Assembly (NCBI GenBank): GCA_051362555.1
Contig: CM120645.1
Span: 14,260,001 to 14,324,000 of the forward strand
Reading direction: 5' to 3'
Origin: Lingula anatina
Lineage: Eukaryota > Animalia > Brachiopoda
DNA length: 64,000 nucleotides
Translations under genes and position numbers: made by a program
The notes under the pieces: generated by a model
What the model saw: the letters and a program-made list of their open reading frames with translations, nothing else
What the model was told of the DNA's origin: nothing
Database searches by the model: none
In this document: positions 15,166 through 29,124 of the stretch, piece by piece
How positions within the stretch are numbered: the stretch's first letter is position 1
How the letters are laid out: every line of letters begins with the position of its first letter

Positions 15166-16099
15166 GTGCGCCTCTAACCAAGCACATGCTGTGGTTCTTG
15201 CTTGCTGTGACTTGAAAACTGTTACTTTGTTATTTAACATTTTTCTTGGTGGTTTGGATTTTAACAACAGTCTTGTGTTTCTTTTGAATGAGTGAAACAC
15301 GTGGGTGTTGTGCTTAAGGATAGGGATAGTTTCTGTGTGACATTAAATGCACTTTTTTTTTTGGGGGGGGGGGGGGAGAGGGTATGTCAACATTTAGTTT
15401 TATCCCATCCCAGACAACTGATAAATGCAGAAAATGTTTTGGTTTACATTATAGATTAGTAGTCTTATGAATGAATGTTATAATTGTTGAGTACCAGTCT
15501 TTAATTTCATTTACATTTGTCTTTCTAAATGCACTTTGCAATTTGGGTTTGTAAGTCACACGTGAGATGGTGTATTTTTTGAAAATTGGTTAAAATTCTT
15601 TTTTTTCCCATCTGTTTATTTATTTATTAATGCAGTGAAACCACTGTTGCAAGTTGCAATCTATGTGATATTTTTTTGCGTCCACTTAAAGCAGCTAGCA
15701 CAATTGATTAGGCTTTTGCCTGTAATAAAACATTATTATCAACCTTGCTTGCCATATTACAGACACACAGAACACGTCGGCCATTTGTCCGAGGACTCTA
15801 AATAGTTCTTAACAAGGCTTAGAATACTGATCAGCTTATGAATATGAAAATGCTTCATTTGAATTATAAAATTGCCAGTTCAGTTGGTCTCTAATAATTT
15901 TTAGCCCAGTTGTTATTTTTATGAGAATTTGTTGCACATAGTGATTGATGTTAATGAATTTGTTTTGATTTGTTGTAACCTTTTTTTTTTCTCAACAAAA
16001 TTGTAGTACATAATTGAATTGATTTGATAACTTCATGCAAATATTTTCTCAACAATTTTTTCTTTTTTGTTGGTTTGTTTGTTTGATTGATTGATTGAT

Positions 16100-16148
<49 letters not shown>

Positions 16149-19100
16149 ACTTTAGCCAAATTAATCCTTTTGCAAAAAGAGTCTAGTTGATGTGGTGTGT
16201 GTGTATGTTCATTTATTTGGGGGGAGGGGTGCAGTTGTGGAATAACCTGAATGCTAAGAAATCATTTCTAATACCTCTTCTCAAGAATTTCTTTCCTGAA
16301 GTGTCTGATTTGCACTTGATTTTGTCCTGAAATCAGAATATCAGCTAATGTTCTGCTTTCAAAGTTCAAAGGCTTGCTATAATAGTTAGATTCTACTAAC
16401 ATTGATATAAAATAGTTACCTGAAGTTCTTTTTAAGTAGGGAAAGCTAATAAGTAGCCAGTAAGATATATGTAAATGACTCTCAGTTGATTAGATTGTAT
16501 TGATATTTATCGGAATACCAGAAATTAAGCCTTTTCTTAAATAACCATAATTCTTGTAAGTACATATTTATAAATATGGATTTAAAATTTCAGTTGTAAT
16601 ATTGTAACAGCAGCAGTATAAAGTTTATTGGTTTAAAGAAGTTTTCTAAAGCAATGCTGAGCACCAAAAGAAAGAAAAAAAAGAATCCATTTAGTAAGAT
16701 TTATTTTATGATAAATAATCAGCAGTTGGTTGCCAAGTCCCGATATCACACCCTGTTTTATATGACGATATGCTTTGTTCTTTGCCCCAGTTCTGTAATA
16801 TTACCCACCTGAAGCCGCACACAAGGTACCTGGTCGCTTTGCAACTCTATAACAAGGCAGGAGAGAGTCCCAAAGCAGAAGAGATATTTTTAACAGACGA
16901 GGGAGGTCAGTAGCATGTTTTAAAAGAATTGCTGTTTGTGATGTCCAGCATGGTTAAGTTTATATTTCCAAAAGGTTGGTTTCATGAGAGTAGTGTCTTG
17001 GATATGTGGTGGTGCCACCTATAGTTAAAAAGCACTGAGATGAAATGTTTTGCAAGCACGTTGTTAAAGAGGAGAAAGTGGCACCGAAAATGAAAAAAGC
17101 TCATTCCGCATTCCCACAGGTGGACACTTTAAGAATCTGTTCATGTATTTTACCCTCCAAGGAATGAAACTATTTGTTTCTAAGAGATTGTTTGCAATGT
17201 GGTGTTATGTGCCACATTTTGTGGCATTTGTGTTACTGGTCCATATCTTATGTAAAAAAAAAACAAACATATTATTGATACTAGTAGGTGGCATATCTGC
17301 TTTGTTTATGTGTTATTTCAGCCAGGATGGCATACAAGAATTGACTGTAAAATCGTCTTTTTTTCACAAAAATGGGGAGCGTCTAATACTAAATATAACA
17401 TCAAAATGACATTTTAACTGAATATAGAGTCTGACATTAATATATTAGAATGTCAGTTCTGTGTATGAATTTTTATTGTGTCAAAGTGGCTCTGTTATTT
17501 TTAAGTCACCATTGGAATTATATTGTGCTCTTTTTGCACCTCTTCTATTTATGGGATTCATTAGCAGGTAATAAAAATTGTTGTATAAAAGTGCCTTTTC
17601 CACATTGTTATCATTTTTCTAGGTGTTATTTATTTTTACAGAAGGGAGTATTTATGTTGCAATTTTTTAAAGAAAAACTGCATTGTCATTTAATATTGGC
17701 AGTACGTGATTTTAAGTGTAACAATTATTTTAACATTGACTTCATGAGCATGTATGATGTATTTTGGAATTATTCTAAGCGGTGTTTGGTTATCTCTTTT
17801 AGTTTTTATGTACAGACACAGATGTGTCTGTACATATTGCCATCACCTGCGTCTGTCGTCGCCGATGGCGATGCCGATGGCGATGCCGATGGCGATGGCG
17901 ATGCCGGCGCCGTGCACTTTCCTTGTAAACACGATAAGTGGAGGGCAGTTTTACTTTTTGGCTTTATATTTACAGAGCTGATGAATATTCATAAAACGCA
18001 GGTCAAGTTCGAAAATCAGCATGATCGGGCCATTATTGTAGAAGTTATGCTGTTTTTTCACTTTTCAGCATATTTTTCACATTTCCTCACATTCAATTCT
18101 TAGGCATGTTAACAGTCTCATTATTAAACTAATAAGATACGTAAAAGTGTTTGTTTGACATTTCCTGCATCTTTACAACATTGTTAGTTGATTTTGTAAA
18201 AATGATGGTAAACTTGTTATCGTGTATTGTGTAATAAAGTTTAAAAAATGGAAATAAACTCAAATCATTGCAGTTTGTCAGATTCAATCATTCACTATGT
18301 TCAGAATCTCAGAATGGAAGAAATTGGACATTTAACACTGCTCTGTTGATATTTTTCCCATCTCATCAATTTTCTTAGTTGATCGTATAAAAATGGCAGT
18401 AAACTGTTTATTTTGTTTTATGTTAAAAAAATTGTTAAAAATGAAAAAAAAAAACCATTTCAGAACAGTGCTGTCTTTGTTTACATTTTGGCATTTTCAA
18501 GTTGTGACTTTGAAGTTCCATGGGCCTGAAGACCTTTGCTAGTCACATTTTCTGAATATCCATGATACTAATATTTTATTATTAAAAATTGATGGCCATT
18601 ATGCTGTTAAACATTATGTAATATTGCATCAAAATCTGAAAAAATCTATTTTGGGCACTGCTCCCATGATGACCATTTAAGAAAAACCATGTCACTTACT
18701 GTTCTCAAACAGTACAGTAAATAAGTACAGATGTGTCTGTACATATTGCCATCACCTGCATCTGTCGTCGTCGCCGTCACTGTCGCCGGCGCTGTGCACT
18801 TTCCTTGTAAACACGATAAGTGGAAGGCAGTTTTACTTTTTGGCTTTATATTTACAGAGCTGATGAATATTCATAAAATGCAGGTCAAGTTCGAAAATCA
18901 GCATGATCAGGCCATTATTGAGGAAGTTATGCTATTTTTTCACTTTTCAGCATATATGCAACACTGTAAACACATTTCAAGGAAAATCGATAGGCCTGTT
19001 GTCATGAAACTCACAGGAGTAATCGATCTTACTATAACACAGGTCAAGTTCGAAAATCGGCATGATAGGGCCACTACTTTGGTAGTTATGCTGTTTTTTC

Positions 19101-22100
19101 ATTTTTCAGCATATATGCAACACTGTAAACACAATATACGAAAAACAGATAGGCAAATTGTCATTAAACTCACAGGAGTGGTCATTTTTGCTAAAACGCA
19201 AGTTGAGTTCAAAAATCAGCATAATCGGGCCATTATTTTAAAGTTATGCTGTTTTTTCACATTTCCTCAGATTAAATTTTTAGGCATGTTAACAGTTTCA
19301 ATTTTTAATTAATAAGATACGTAAAAGTGTTTGTTTGGCATTTCCTGCATCTTTACAACATCATTACTTGATTATGTAAAAATGATGGTAAACTTGTTAT
19401 CGTGTATTGTGTAATAAAGTTTAAAAAATGGAAATAAACTCATATCATTGCAGTTTGTCAGATTCAATCATTCACTATGTTCAGAATCTCAGAATGGAAG
19501 AAATTGGACATTTAACGCTGCTCTATTAATATTTTTCCCATCTCATCAATTTTCTTAGTTGATCATATAAAAACTGTAGTAAACTGTTAATTTTGTTTTA
19601 TGTTAGAAATTGTTAAAACTGGGAAAAAAATTTCAGAACATTGCTGTCTTGTTTCCATTTTGGCATTTTCAAGTTGTGACTTTGAAGTTCCATGGGCCTG
19701 AAGACCTTTGCTAGTCACATTTTCTGAATATCCATAATACTGATATTTTATTATTAAAATTGATGGTCATTATGCTGTTAAATATTATGTAATATTGCAT
19801 CAAAATTTGAAGAAAAAAAACTATTTTGGGCACTGCTCCCTTGATGAACATTAAAAAAAAAAAATGTCACTTACTGTTCTCAAAATTACAGGAAAGAAAC
19901 ATGGGACTAAAATACAGCTTCAGTAGGCAATGCAGTCTGTTTGGTAATTCTTACTGCCAGTTAAACGTTTTTTTTTTTTTTTTTTTTTTTTTTTTTGTGA
20001 AAATTTAATTTTTCACATATTTTCAAGGTGTGACTTTGAAGTTCCACGGGCTTGAAGACCCATGCTAGTCACATTTTCTGAAAATCCATGATACGTATAT
20101 TGTATTATTAAAAATTAACGGTCATTATGCTGTTAACCATTATGTAATATGGCATCAGAATAGAAGAAAACACAATTTTGGGTGCTGCTGCCATGATGAC
20201 CATTATGGGAAAACCATGTTACTTATGATTGCCAAACTTTCAAAAAAGAAAAAGAAAAAAAGAAAAACAGGACTAAAATGCAGAGTTGGAAAAGCAGTCT
20301 AATTGGCTTCTTTTTCTGGAAGTTATACATTTTCAAAGTGTGAACTTGTTACACATTTTACTTACATTGGTATTACCTGTTGAGCATAATTAAAATTTGA
20401 TGTTGAATTTGCAGTTTAACATAATGTACTTTTGCATCAGAATTGACAGTAGCCTATTTTGTGCATAGTTATTTCCTGTTTTTTGTCTGTACATTTGACA
20501 GCTTTGCTGCCTTGTTGTGTTATTTAGTGTGATTTATCGTGAAAAAAACATTGCACATTATGTTTTATTAATGTTGGAACTAACTGTTACCCAGTGTTAT
20601 GTTGGCCAAAATGTTTAAGCAAGCAAAAGACTGTTGTTAATAGAGTGCACTGCAAGCCAAGATAGGAAGATATCAAGTTCTCAACAGTCTTTATGACATT
20701 TCATAGTAAATTTCTACAATCAGATTGGTTGAGAATTGCTGGATGTAGAACGATATCCTGCGTCTTTTGCTGTGTCACATGTTGTCAGTTATTGAAACAA
20801 GGCTCATAGGTAGCATTCACTATTCAGTCACTTACTAGGAGGGAAGGATACGAAATGGTATAGGGCCTTTGGAAAAATCTTTATTGGGACTGCTGGTATC
20901 TCTCCCGATACAGGTTTTTTTCGAGAACACCCCCCCCCCCCTCTCTCCACAGGTAAGTGACTGCATAACTACAATGTCCCCTCTGAAATTCAGATATGAA
21001 TGGTGTATACAGTTTAAAATTCATCATTTAATTCGTTCATAAATAAGTTGACTAAACAGTTGTGCACAGATAGGCTTGTGCTTGGGTGGTGACTTATTTA
21101 AATACAGTGCTCCAAACTGGACTGCCTCGGAACCCATTTTATGTGTATGTGTATTTTGTTAAATGCTTACATGAATGACTGTCACAATGCTATTTTGATA
21201 TGTATAAAGTAATGCAATTCTAAAAAATGCAATTTTATGTTGCAGAAATGTGATCAGTAGAAATAAGGCAATGCGTTATTTTATAACTTAATTATCAGTG
21301 TATTTAAGTATAATATATTGTCCTTTTACACGTTTTTCACCAAATCAGTGATTAGTCAAGAATGTTAAAGCATATTTTCAGTCAAAGTAAATTGTCCTTA
21401 GTAATTTACCAACAAGCCATGTCCAGGTGTTGATCAGGTTGTTACACAATATGATTTACTTAGCAGATGGTAACCCAAAAAATGTGTGGATACTATGATA
21501 ATATGGCTATTGATGGACTATTTCAGTTAGCAGTTAATGTTTTTTTTTAAATATATTTATTGCATATTTATGTATAATGAATATTTGTTTTGATATTTTA
21601 TCTTTCTTGTTTTATTTTACTTTTACAGAGGCTTTAAAAATTTGTGGGTTAGTTTTGTTGATGATCATTGAAGATAATAGAGCATTTGTTGTTACAGTTA
21701 CTAGCAAGATTAATGGTGGCATATTTAATTCCTTTTTTCAGCCCCAAACTGTCTTCGGCTTATAACAGTAGAAAGCAAGATAACAAATTTTCATTTTTCA
21801 TCTTTCCAGTCCCGAACAGACCTCGTATAACCGACATCAGTAATCAGACGTCTACGTCTTTTGTCGTGGCCTGGGTAATACCCACAGAGCCTAACGGGAT
21901 CATTACAAGTTACAAAGTACGTTGGAATGAGACCGACTCCTCAGGGAATAGGATTGGACAAACCAAGGCAGAAACTATTCGTGTAGACGAGGAGTTTAAA
22001 CCTACCATGAAGATAAGATGGTTGAGTATGTTATTTATTTATTTGTTTATTTTTATTATAAGGCAATAGTTAATATGCAAGTCTTCAAATTAATAGGATT

Positions 22101-24305
22101 GTGCTCATTTCTTAAGACTTTCAGAAACAAAAGAGTTTTTATAAGTGTTAAACTGTTACAGTTAGTTTCCTTCTTTTTTAAAGATTTTTAAAAAGTTTGT
22201 TACCAATTAAACCTTGCATTGTTTGATGTAAATGTGATTTGATGATTTCTATTGTTATTGTTGTCATTGTCCTTTGCCTAATTTCTTTAATCTCAAAAAA
22301 ACAATTTTCTCACAATACTGAAAATCAAAAAACATCTGAAGAATTTTCTTTTACTTTTATGTCAGTGCACAAAGAAATATTTACATCTGAGCATTTATTA
22401 TAATAAAAAGAATTATTACTGAGGGTATTTTTGTTTCTTTCACAGAACCATACACAGACTATACAGTGAGAGTGGTAGCTCATACATCTAAGGGGGAAGG
22501 AGAAGAGAGTGTACAACAAAGCGTGATCACAGATGTTTCAAGTAATGAATTTAAAGATAAATCATAAAAAATCATAAAAATAACTTTAAAGATTATCAAT
22601 GGAGTGATTTGTTGAAAAAATTAGTTTTCTCAACACAGGTTTTAATCAGTTTTTGTTAAATAAAATTTGCACACCTTAACAGTCGGTGCCATAAACTTTT
22701 TAGCTTATTACTAGCCTTTCAAACCATCAGTGTCCTAAAATCAGCAGGTCCATATCTCAGGGTTCACTTGTCTGAATAAAACTTTTGAATCTTTTGAATA
22801 CAGGGGCAGATTTAGGCCGTCTTCTGGGTCTTCCGGAAGACGGTCAGATTTTCAAGTTCACATTTTCGGGCATCCAATGTTTTCTGTCAAAAATGGAGGA
22901 TGGATCAACAGAGATAATTTGGAAGACTGTCAGAAAATATCTCTGGATCCGCCCCTAGAATAGCCATGTCAAACCTCTAAATTCACAAAATTTGAAAAAT
23001 CTAGGGTCAAAAAAAAATTAACTGGATGCAGTTGTACGACCAGAGGTGAACAATGTAGACTGCCAGTGAATCGCTCAGCTGTTAATTGGAAGGCATTATG
23101 AGACAGCCAGTATTTTCAAAGATGGCTGGACAGCTTGTGAATTTTTATTTCTTTATTTTTTTTAACAAAGGCTTGGACTCCCTGAAATTTTGTAGGAAAT
23201 TACAAGTGATAATTTTGGACCCAAAAAATAGGTATAGATGGACTGTGCCTCCCCAATCCTGAGAAACGCCCTGCATGCAGCTATGCATAACATTCCATCT
23301 TTAATCTTCCAGATCCAGGACGCCCACAAAGAGTACTGGTCAAGCAGAATGAGACGGGAAGTGTCCTGCTGACGTGGCATTCCCCAATTTCCTTCACTCG
23401 TCATATCGACAGATATTTAATCAAGTACTATAAGGAAGAAGACGGCACATTAGGAGCCGTAGAGAAGACGCTGGATGTTAACCCAGAGAGAAGAGAGGAT
23501 GCAAGAAATGAGCCAGAAGAAGTAAGTCTGTTTTCTCATATTTATAGTTTTTTTTGGTCTAGCACATTGTTTATTTTCTTGAACTGATTATGAAGAATTC
23601 CATTTTTATTTTGAGACTGAAGGTAATGGTTGTGGATGCTTTAGTCAAAATTCAGTATAAAAGGTGCTTTGTTTGACAATAGATTTGGATATTGGGAAAC
23701 GATGCCCTCACTGTGTTGAATTGATATGGATATTTAGTATAAGTATCAGCTTAGTTAATATAATTATATATTAATATTATATATCTGTATTGTATGCAAT
23801 CATCACATAAGTGATGTATTTAGTGACAATAAACTGTAAGTACATATAGATATTGAGAAACAGACTATAAAGACCCTATTTCAGTATGCTCTACATATTG
23901 AGTAACAGACTGTACTGATTCTATTTCAGTATGCTCTACATATCGAGTAACTGACTCTATACCGATCCTATTTCAGTATACTATGCATATTAGGGAACAG
24001 ACACTATACAAATCCTATTTCAATATGCTCTACATGTTGATTAACAGGCTCTCTTAATCCTTTTCCAGTATGCTCTACATATTATGGAACATACTGTAAA
24101 AATCCTATTTCAGTATGCTCTACATATTGAGTAACAGACTAAACTGATCCTATTTCAGTTTGCTCTGCATGGCTTGGAAGAAGGGGTGGTGTACAAGTTC
24201 AGTGTGGCTGCAGCAACAAAGAGCTTGTTTAGTTCTGAGTACAAGATAGGCCAGTACACTGTACCTGTGACACTAACACTGGAGGGGAAAAGAAGTAATC
24301 ACTCC

Positions 24306-24338
<33 letters not shown>

Positions 24339-25723
24339 ATTCTTATGGCATTAATTTGCTATAATTTGGTATAAAAGATAATGCCATTTATCTTAAAGCT
24401 TTATTTATAGCTATGGATCAGAATTTTTAAGCAAAAATGTGATATTTTTGGTTTCCAAATTTGAATAAATTGTCTTTGGTAATATACTTTTCCATAAACT
24501 GAAAGGAATCTTTTCATCCATTAAAATTAATTTGTTAATATTACAACAATTATCTTTGTCAGTTACAACAGATGCCCCAGAACCTGCCATGGGTCTAGCT
24601 GCTATCCTTGGAGTAATTGCTGCAGTAGCAGTGATTCTCATTGTCCCCATTGTATTAGCAATTGTCTTCCTACTGAGGTAAGTGTGCAATCGCTGCAGTA
24701 GCATTAATTGTCATTGTGCACATTGTATTGGCGATTTCCATTCTACTTACATAAGTAAGTAATATTCATTGCTCTTCATAATGTTTTGGCATATGTCAGT
24801 CCTCGTTCATTTTAATGTGCAGCAATGTGTCCTAAACACAAATGCAATCTCTACTGTAATACATAATATAACAATGGGTGGGGATTTACTCTAGTTCCAG
24901 TTATGTCAATACCCTTTTGATAACTCCCATTTCTCTCATTGAACTCTAAGGTGATTCAAATACATATTTAATTACTAGAAATAGTTGTTTGAGTTACTTA
25001 TTTTAAGACACCAGAACATGACCTTTCCCTTGTACTTTGGTTTCAGACGTAAGAAAAATTACCAGGAAACGGCCACCAAGGGGTCCGATGACAATATATC
25101 ACAGCCTTTACTACTTATGGAGTTGTATGGTAAGTGAGAAAGATTTTTGTCTGTTTTTATTTATTTTAATTCTTTTTTTTAAACCTTTTTCCAGGGGAGG
25201 GTGTGAGAGTTGTGAGGGAGGCATGAATCTTACGGACAGTATTCTGAAAACCACATTATTCACTTCTTTTGTGTTAAATTTTATTTGTTTGCTGAGATGA
25301 AATGTGAAAAAAAAAGAAGTAAGCACTTTGTACAAATGATATGGTTGAATACTTGGTTATTAAGCCCAATAAAAACTTTGCTGAAATGATCCATAAAAGT
25401 GTCATTCTAAAATGAAAAGAATTTGAAGGTCTGCCAATGCAGTATTTACTAATGACAATGGTTCCTAGGTCTTTCTGGAACTTGAATTGTCAACCATTTT
25501 ACCTGAAATAGTTTTTTTTTCTTGATAACTAAACCTCAGCTAGGGATTTTACAACTGACATTTGTTTTTACTGATTTATTTTTTCAGGAAGAAGCAATTA
25601 CGAAAGTGTCAGCATTGAGAACTGGGCAGACCATGTGAGGAAGATGCACGCTGATGGGGATCTACGTTTCTCTGAGGAATATGATGTATGTTCACATATG
25701 TATATGTGTATTAATGTTCATGG

Positions 25724-25767
<44 letters not shown>

Positions 25768-28700
25768 GAGTGTATGTGTGTGTGTGTGTGTGTGTTAGAG
25801 TGTGTGCTTGTGTGTGTTAGTGTGTGTGTGTGTGTGTGTGTGTGTTAGAGTGTGTGTGTTAGAGTGTGCGTGTATGTGTGTGTGTGCTTGTGTGTGTTAG
25901 TGTGTGTGTGTGTTAGAGTGTGTGTGTGTTAGTGTGTGTGTGTGTTTGTGTGTGTTAGAGTGTGTGTGTGTTAGTGAGTGTGTGTGTGTTAGAGTGTGTG
26001 TGTGTGTTAGAGTGTGTGTGTGTTAGAGTGTGTGTGTGTTAGTGTGTGTGTGTGTTAGAGTGTGTGTGTTAGAGTGTGTGTGTGTGTGTTAGTGTGTGTG
26101 TGCGTGTTGGGGGTACGTGTGCAAGTATTGATACATGTCTTGAAACACATGTATGTGCATCTGTATTTATATTTGCTGGGAAAGGATGTTAAAGAGTTGT
26201 GTTCATTAAATGTATGAGAGAAAGAGAGGAAGGAAAAAGATAAAAGACCTTTCAAGATTTTTTTATCTGCTGTAGGACATCAACAACAGTGTGAACAAGA
26301 ATATCACTCAGGACGCGGCGTACATGGATGAGAACAAGCCTAAGAACAGATACGTCAACATTTTGCCATGTGAGTTTATACAGTGGTTTCAGTTTTAACA
26401 TTAACTAATTAATTTACATATATCTTAAACAGTTCTGTCACGACAAAGTTAAATAACATATATAACAGTATAAGAAAATAAAATTATTTTGGCATTCGTC
26501 CCTCTTATTAATAACATTTAAATGTACATAGTTTTTTTTATTTAAAAATTAAGTGTTTATCTGAAAATAAAGTCTTGATTTTCATTATTGATACTGCAAA
26601 ACTTCATTTGATATCATAGATAATTCTATTCTTGAGAAAAAGGCAAATCATTTCTAAAGAAACTTAATTTGTTTTTGTACTGTCTGCCACAACATATTCA
26701 TGATGTTCTAAAATGTGCAAGATTCTGAGCTTCATTTACTCCTTAGATTTAAATTATATTCACTGGAGTCGATATGGTAGCTATATCTACACAAGTTTGT
26801 CCTAGAGCGCATTCAGGGCTCCGTATCTCGAACGGTTCCTTATGTTGCACACGCGCTCAAGCGTCTCGATTCCATGGCCCCGTATCTTGAAATAGAATTG
26901 GTTATGGAATCGAGACACTTGCACACGTGCGCAACATAGCGAACCTTTCGAGATACGGAGCCCAGAACAGCAGACTATCAGATCCACAGATCAAATATGG
27001 CCGACCCACTTGAATGGTTGTTGCATAATCCCGCGTGGAATCTGTTCAGTGCTTGATTGGGAAATAAGTGGCAAGCATTTTAGTGGGTCACCAAATTTGA
27101 TCCGCAGATCTGTTAGTCCACTGTACTGAATGCACTACAAGTGTTTTGTGCAGTTGTCAAAATCTTGTTTTTGTCCTTTTCAGTTGACCATACTAGGGTA
27201 GTGCTAAAGCCAATGTCCAAACATAATGACTACATTAATGCCAACTTTGTTGATGTAAGTGGACACTCAAAGCTTTCTCTGTGTGATTTAATCTGTGATT
27301 TAAGTGTTTTCATATTGTAATTCAAATTAAATAGCTTGTCTAAAGTAATTGAAGTAATTTTAGATGTGATTTATATCTGTTATTTCATTTGACAGAACTC
27401 TTCATGGTTTTATTCTAAGTTATTCAAGCAGAAAGAGAGCTCAGAATCATTTTGATTTTTCAGTGATTAAATTTACTTGTCTTTAGTCATTTATTTATTT
27501 TGTTCCATGAATTTATCCAAATAAGGAAATGTGCATTATATATATATTTTTTTTACGCCAGGGTTACCACAAAGCCAAAGCCTATATAGCTACCCAAGGG
27601 CCACTGCCTAATACATTTGAGGATTTCTGGAGAATGGTGTGGGATCAAAACTCTGTCATTGTAGTTATGATAACAAACCTGGAAGAGAAAGGAAGAGTAA
27701 GTAAAATAAATACAGGGCTGCCTGTGAGAAGGCCTAGTGGGCATTATTTGTGAGAAAAAGATGGCTTTTGATGTTGAAAAATCCTAGATACCTGGGGCAT
27801 GTAAACACATTACCAAATGCAACTACTTGTTTGTGCACATGTGTATACCAAACATTGTCGCAGTTGAGAAACGGATAATTAACTGGCTCTCAAGATGATT
27901 ATGAAAAGAGCCTTTTTAATATTTATTTAGTTGTCTACTTGAGTTAGTCATTTTTTGCTTTCTGTAGAGGAAGTGTGACAAATATTGGCCAAATGAGGTG
28001 GGGCACACTGAGACTTATGGGAATATGCAAGTGGAGTACCTGGATGAAGACGAGCGTGCATGCTACACCATACGCAAATTCTGTCTGCGAAATCAAAAAG
28101 CTAAAAGAGTTAGCACAAGAGTGGTAAGTCATAGTCAAAATTGCAAAATGATGAATTGTTTTATGCATGTGTTTGTTATGTTTGAGTTCTGAAAAATTGG
28201 GTGGAACTGGCTGGCGTGATTGACTGTTCCCATTCAGGCCGTCTGTCAATCAGTGTGTAGATCCGCCATTCTTGATTGGCAATTGGCCTTAATGGGAGAA
28301 TGTCAATCAACATGGGTAGGTCCTCCCATTTTCAAAGCTTTGATTTAGTCTGCTATTTTAGTCTTCTGTTTAGGCTGGGTCCCTCAAAGAATCAATAATA
28401 ATAGGAGACGATAAAAAATTGTGGAGACAAATCTCATCATCTGCTTCATCATCCAGAAATGAAAAGTTTAAAAGAACAAATGTTCATTGTAAGAATGGCT
28501 GAAGTCTTATTATCTTATTTTTAATGCTGACAATTATACTTAATCATATTTTCATTGGATAATAAGGTCATTGAAGATTTTATTACAAGCCATTGAGTCC
28601 CTGCAGAGTCCCTTGAGTCCATTGAGTCCCTGCCTTACTTGGCAAACTCTTATTCAACCATCAGCTAAAACCACTCGTATCATATATCATGATCCCTCTG

Positions 28701-29069
28701 TGTTCTAGAAACATTCCGCATTTGAGCGTATTATCTACCAGTATCACTATACAGACTGGCCAGACCACGGGGTCCCAGACTACACACTACCCGTGTTGAC
28801 GCTGGTCCAGAAATCGTCGCGTCATAATCCTGAAGGGGCAGGCCCTATCATTGTACACTGCAGGTAAGGGACATTCTCATATATATATGCCTTATGCTGA
28901 TGTGTGCAGCCTTTTTCAATGCATTCGTAATGTCTAAGTCATAGACCCTATATGGCAGTCTTTGAGTCAAATCTAAAAATTTTTCAGTTTTCAAAATTAT
29001 GAACTCAGGTAAACTATCAGTGACAAGTAAGTAAAAAAAAATTGTCTAGCAAGATTCTTTATATTATGG

Positions 29070-29124
<55 letters not shown>

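Noticed and set aside
17450-19312. ORFs of 217 and 193 aa
   Set aside because: They run through the non-autonomous Helentron repeat and microsatellite and show no recognisable domain.
23845-24170. CRISPR-like array
   Set aside because: Eukaryotic intron; units are whole tandem copies with no unique spacers and no cas genes.
14981-26255. THTH/CVCV-type ORFs (also the YIYI-type at 59015-59358)
   Set aside because: Translations of dinucleotide microsatellites.
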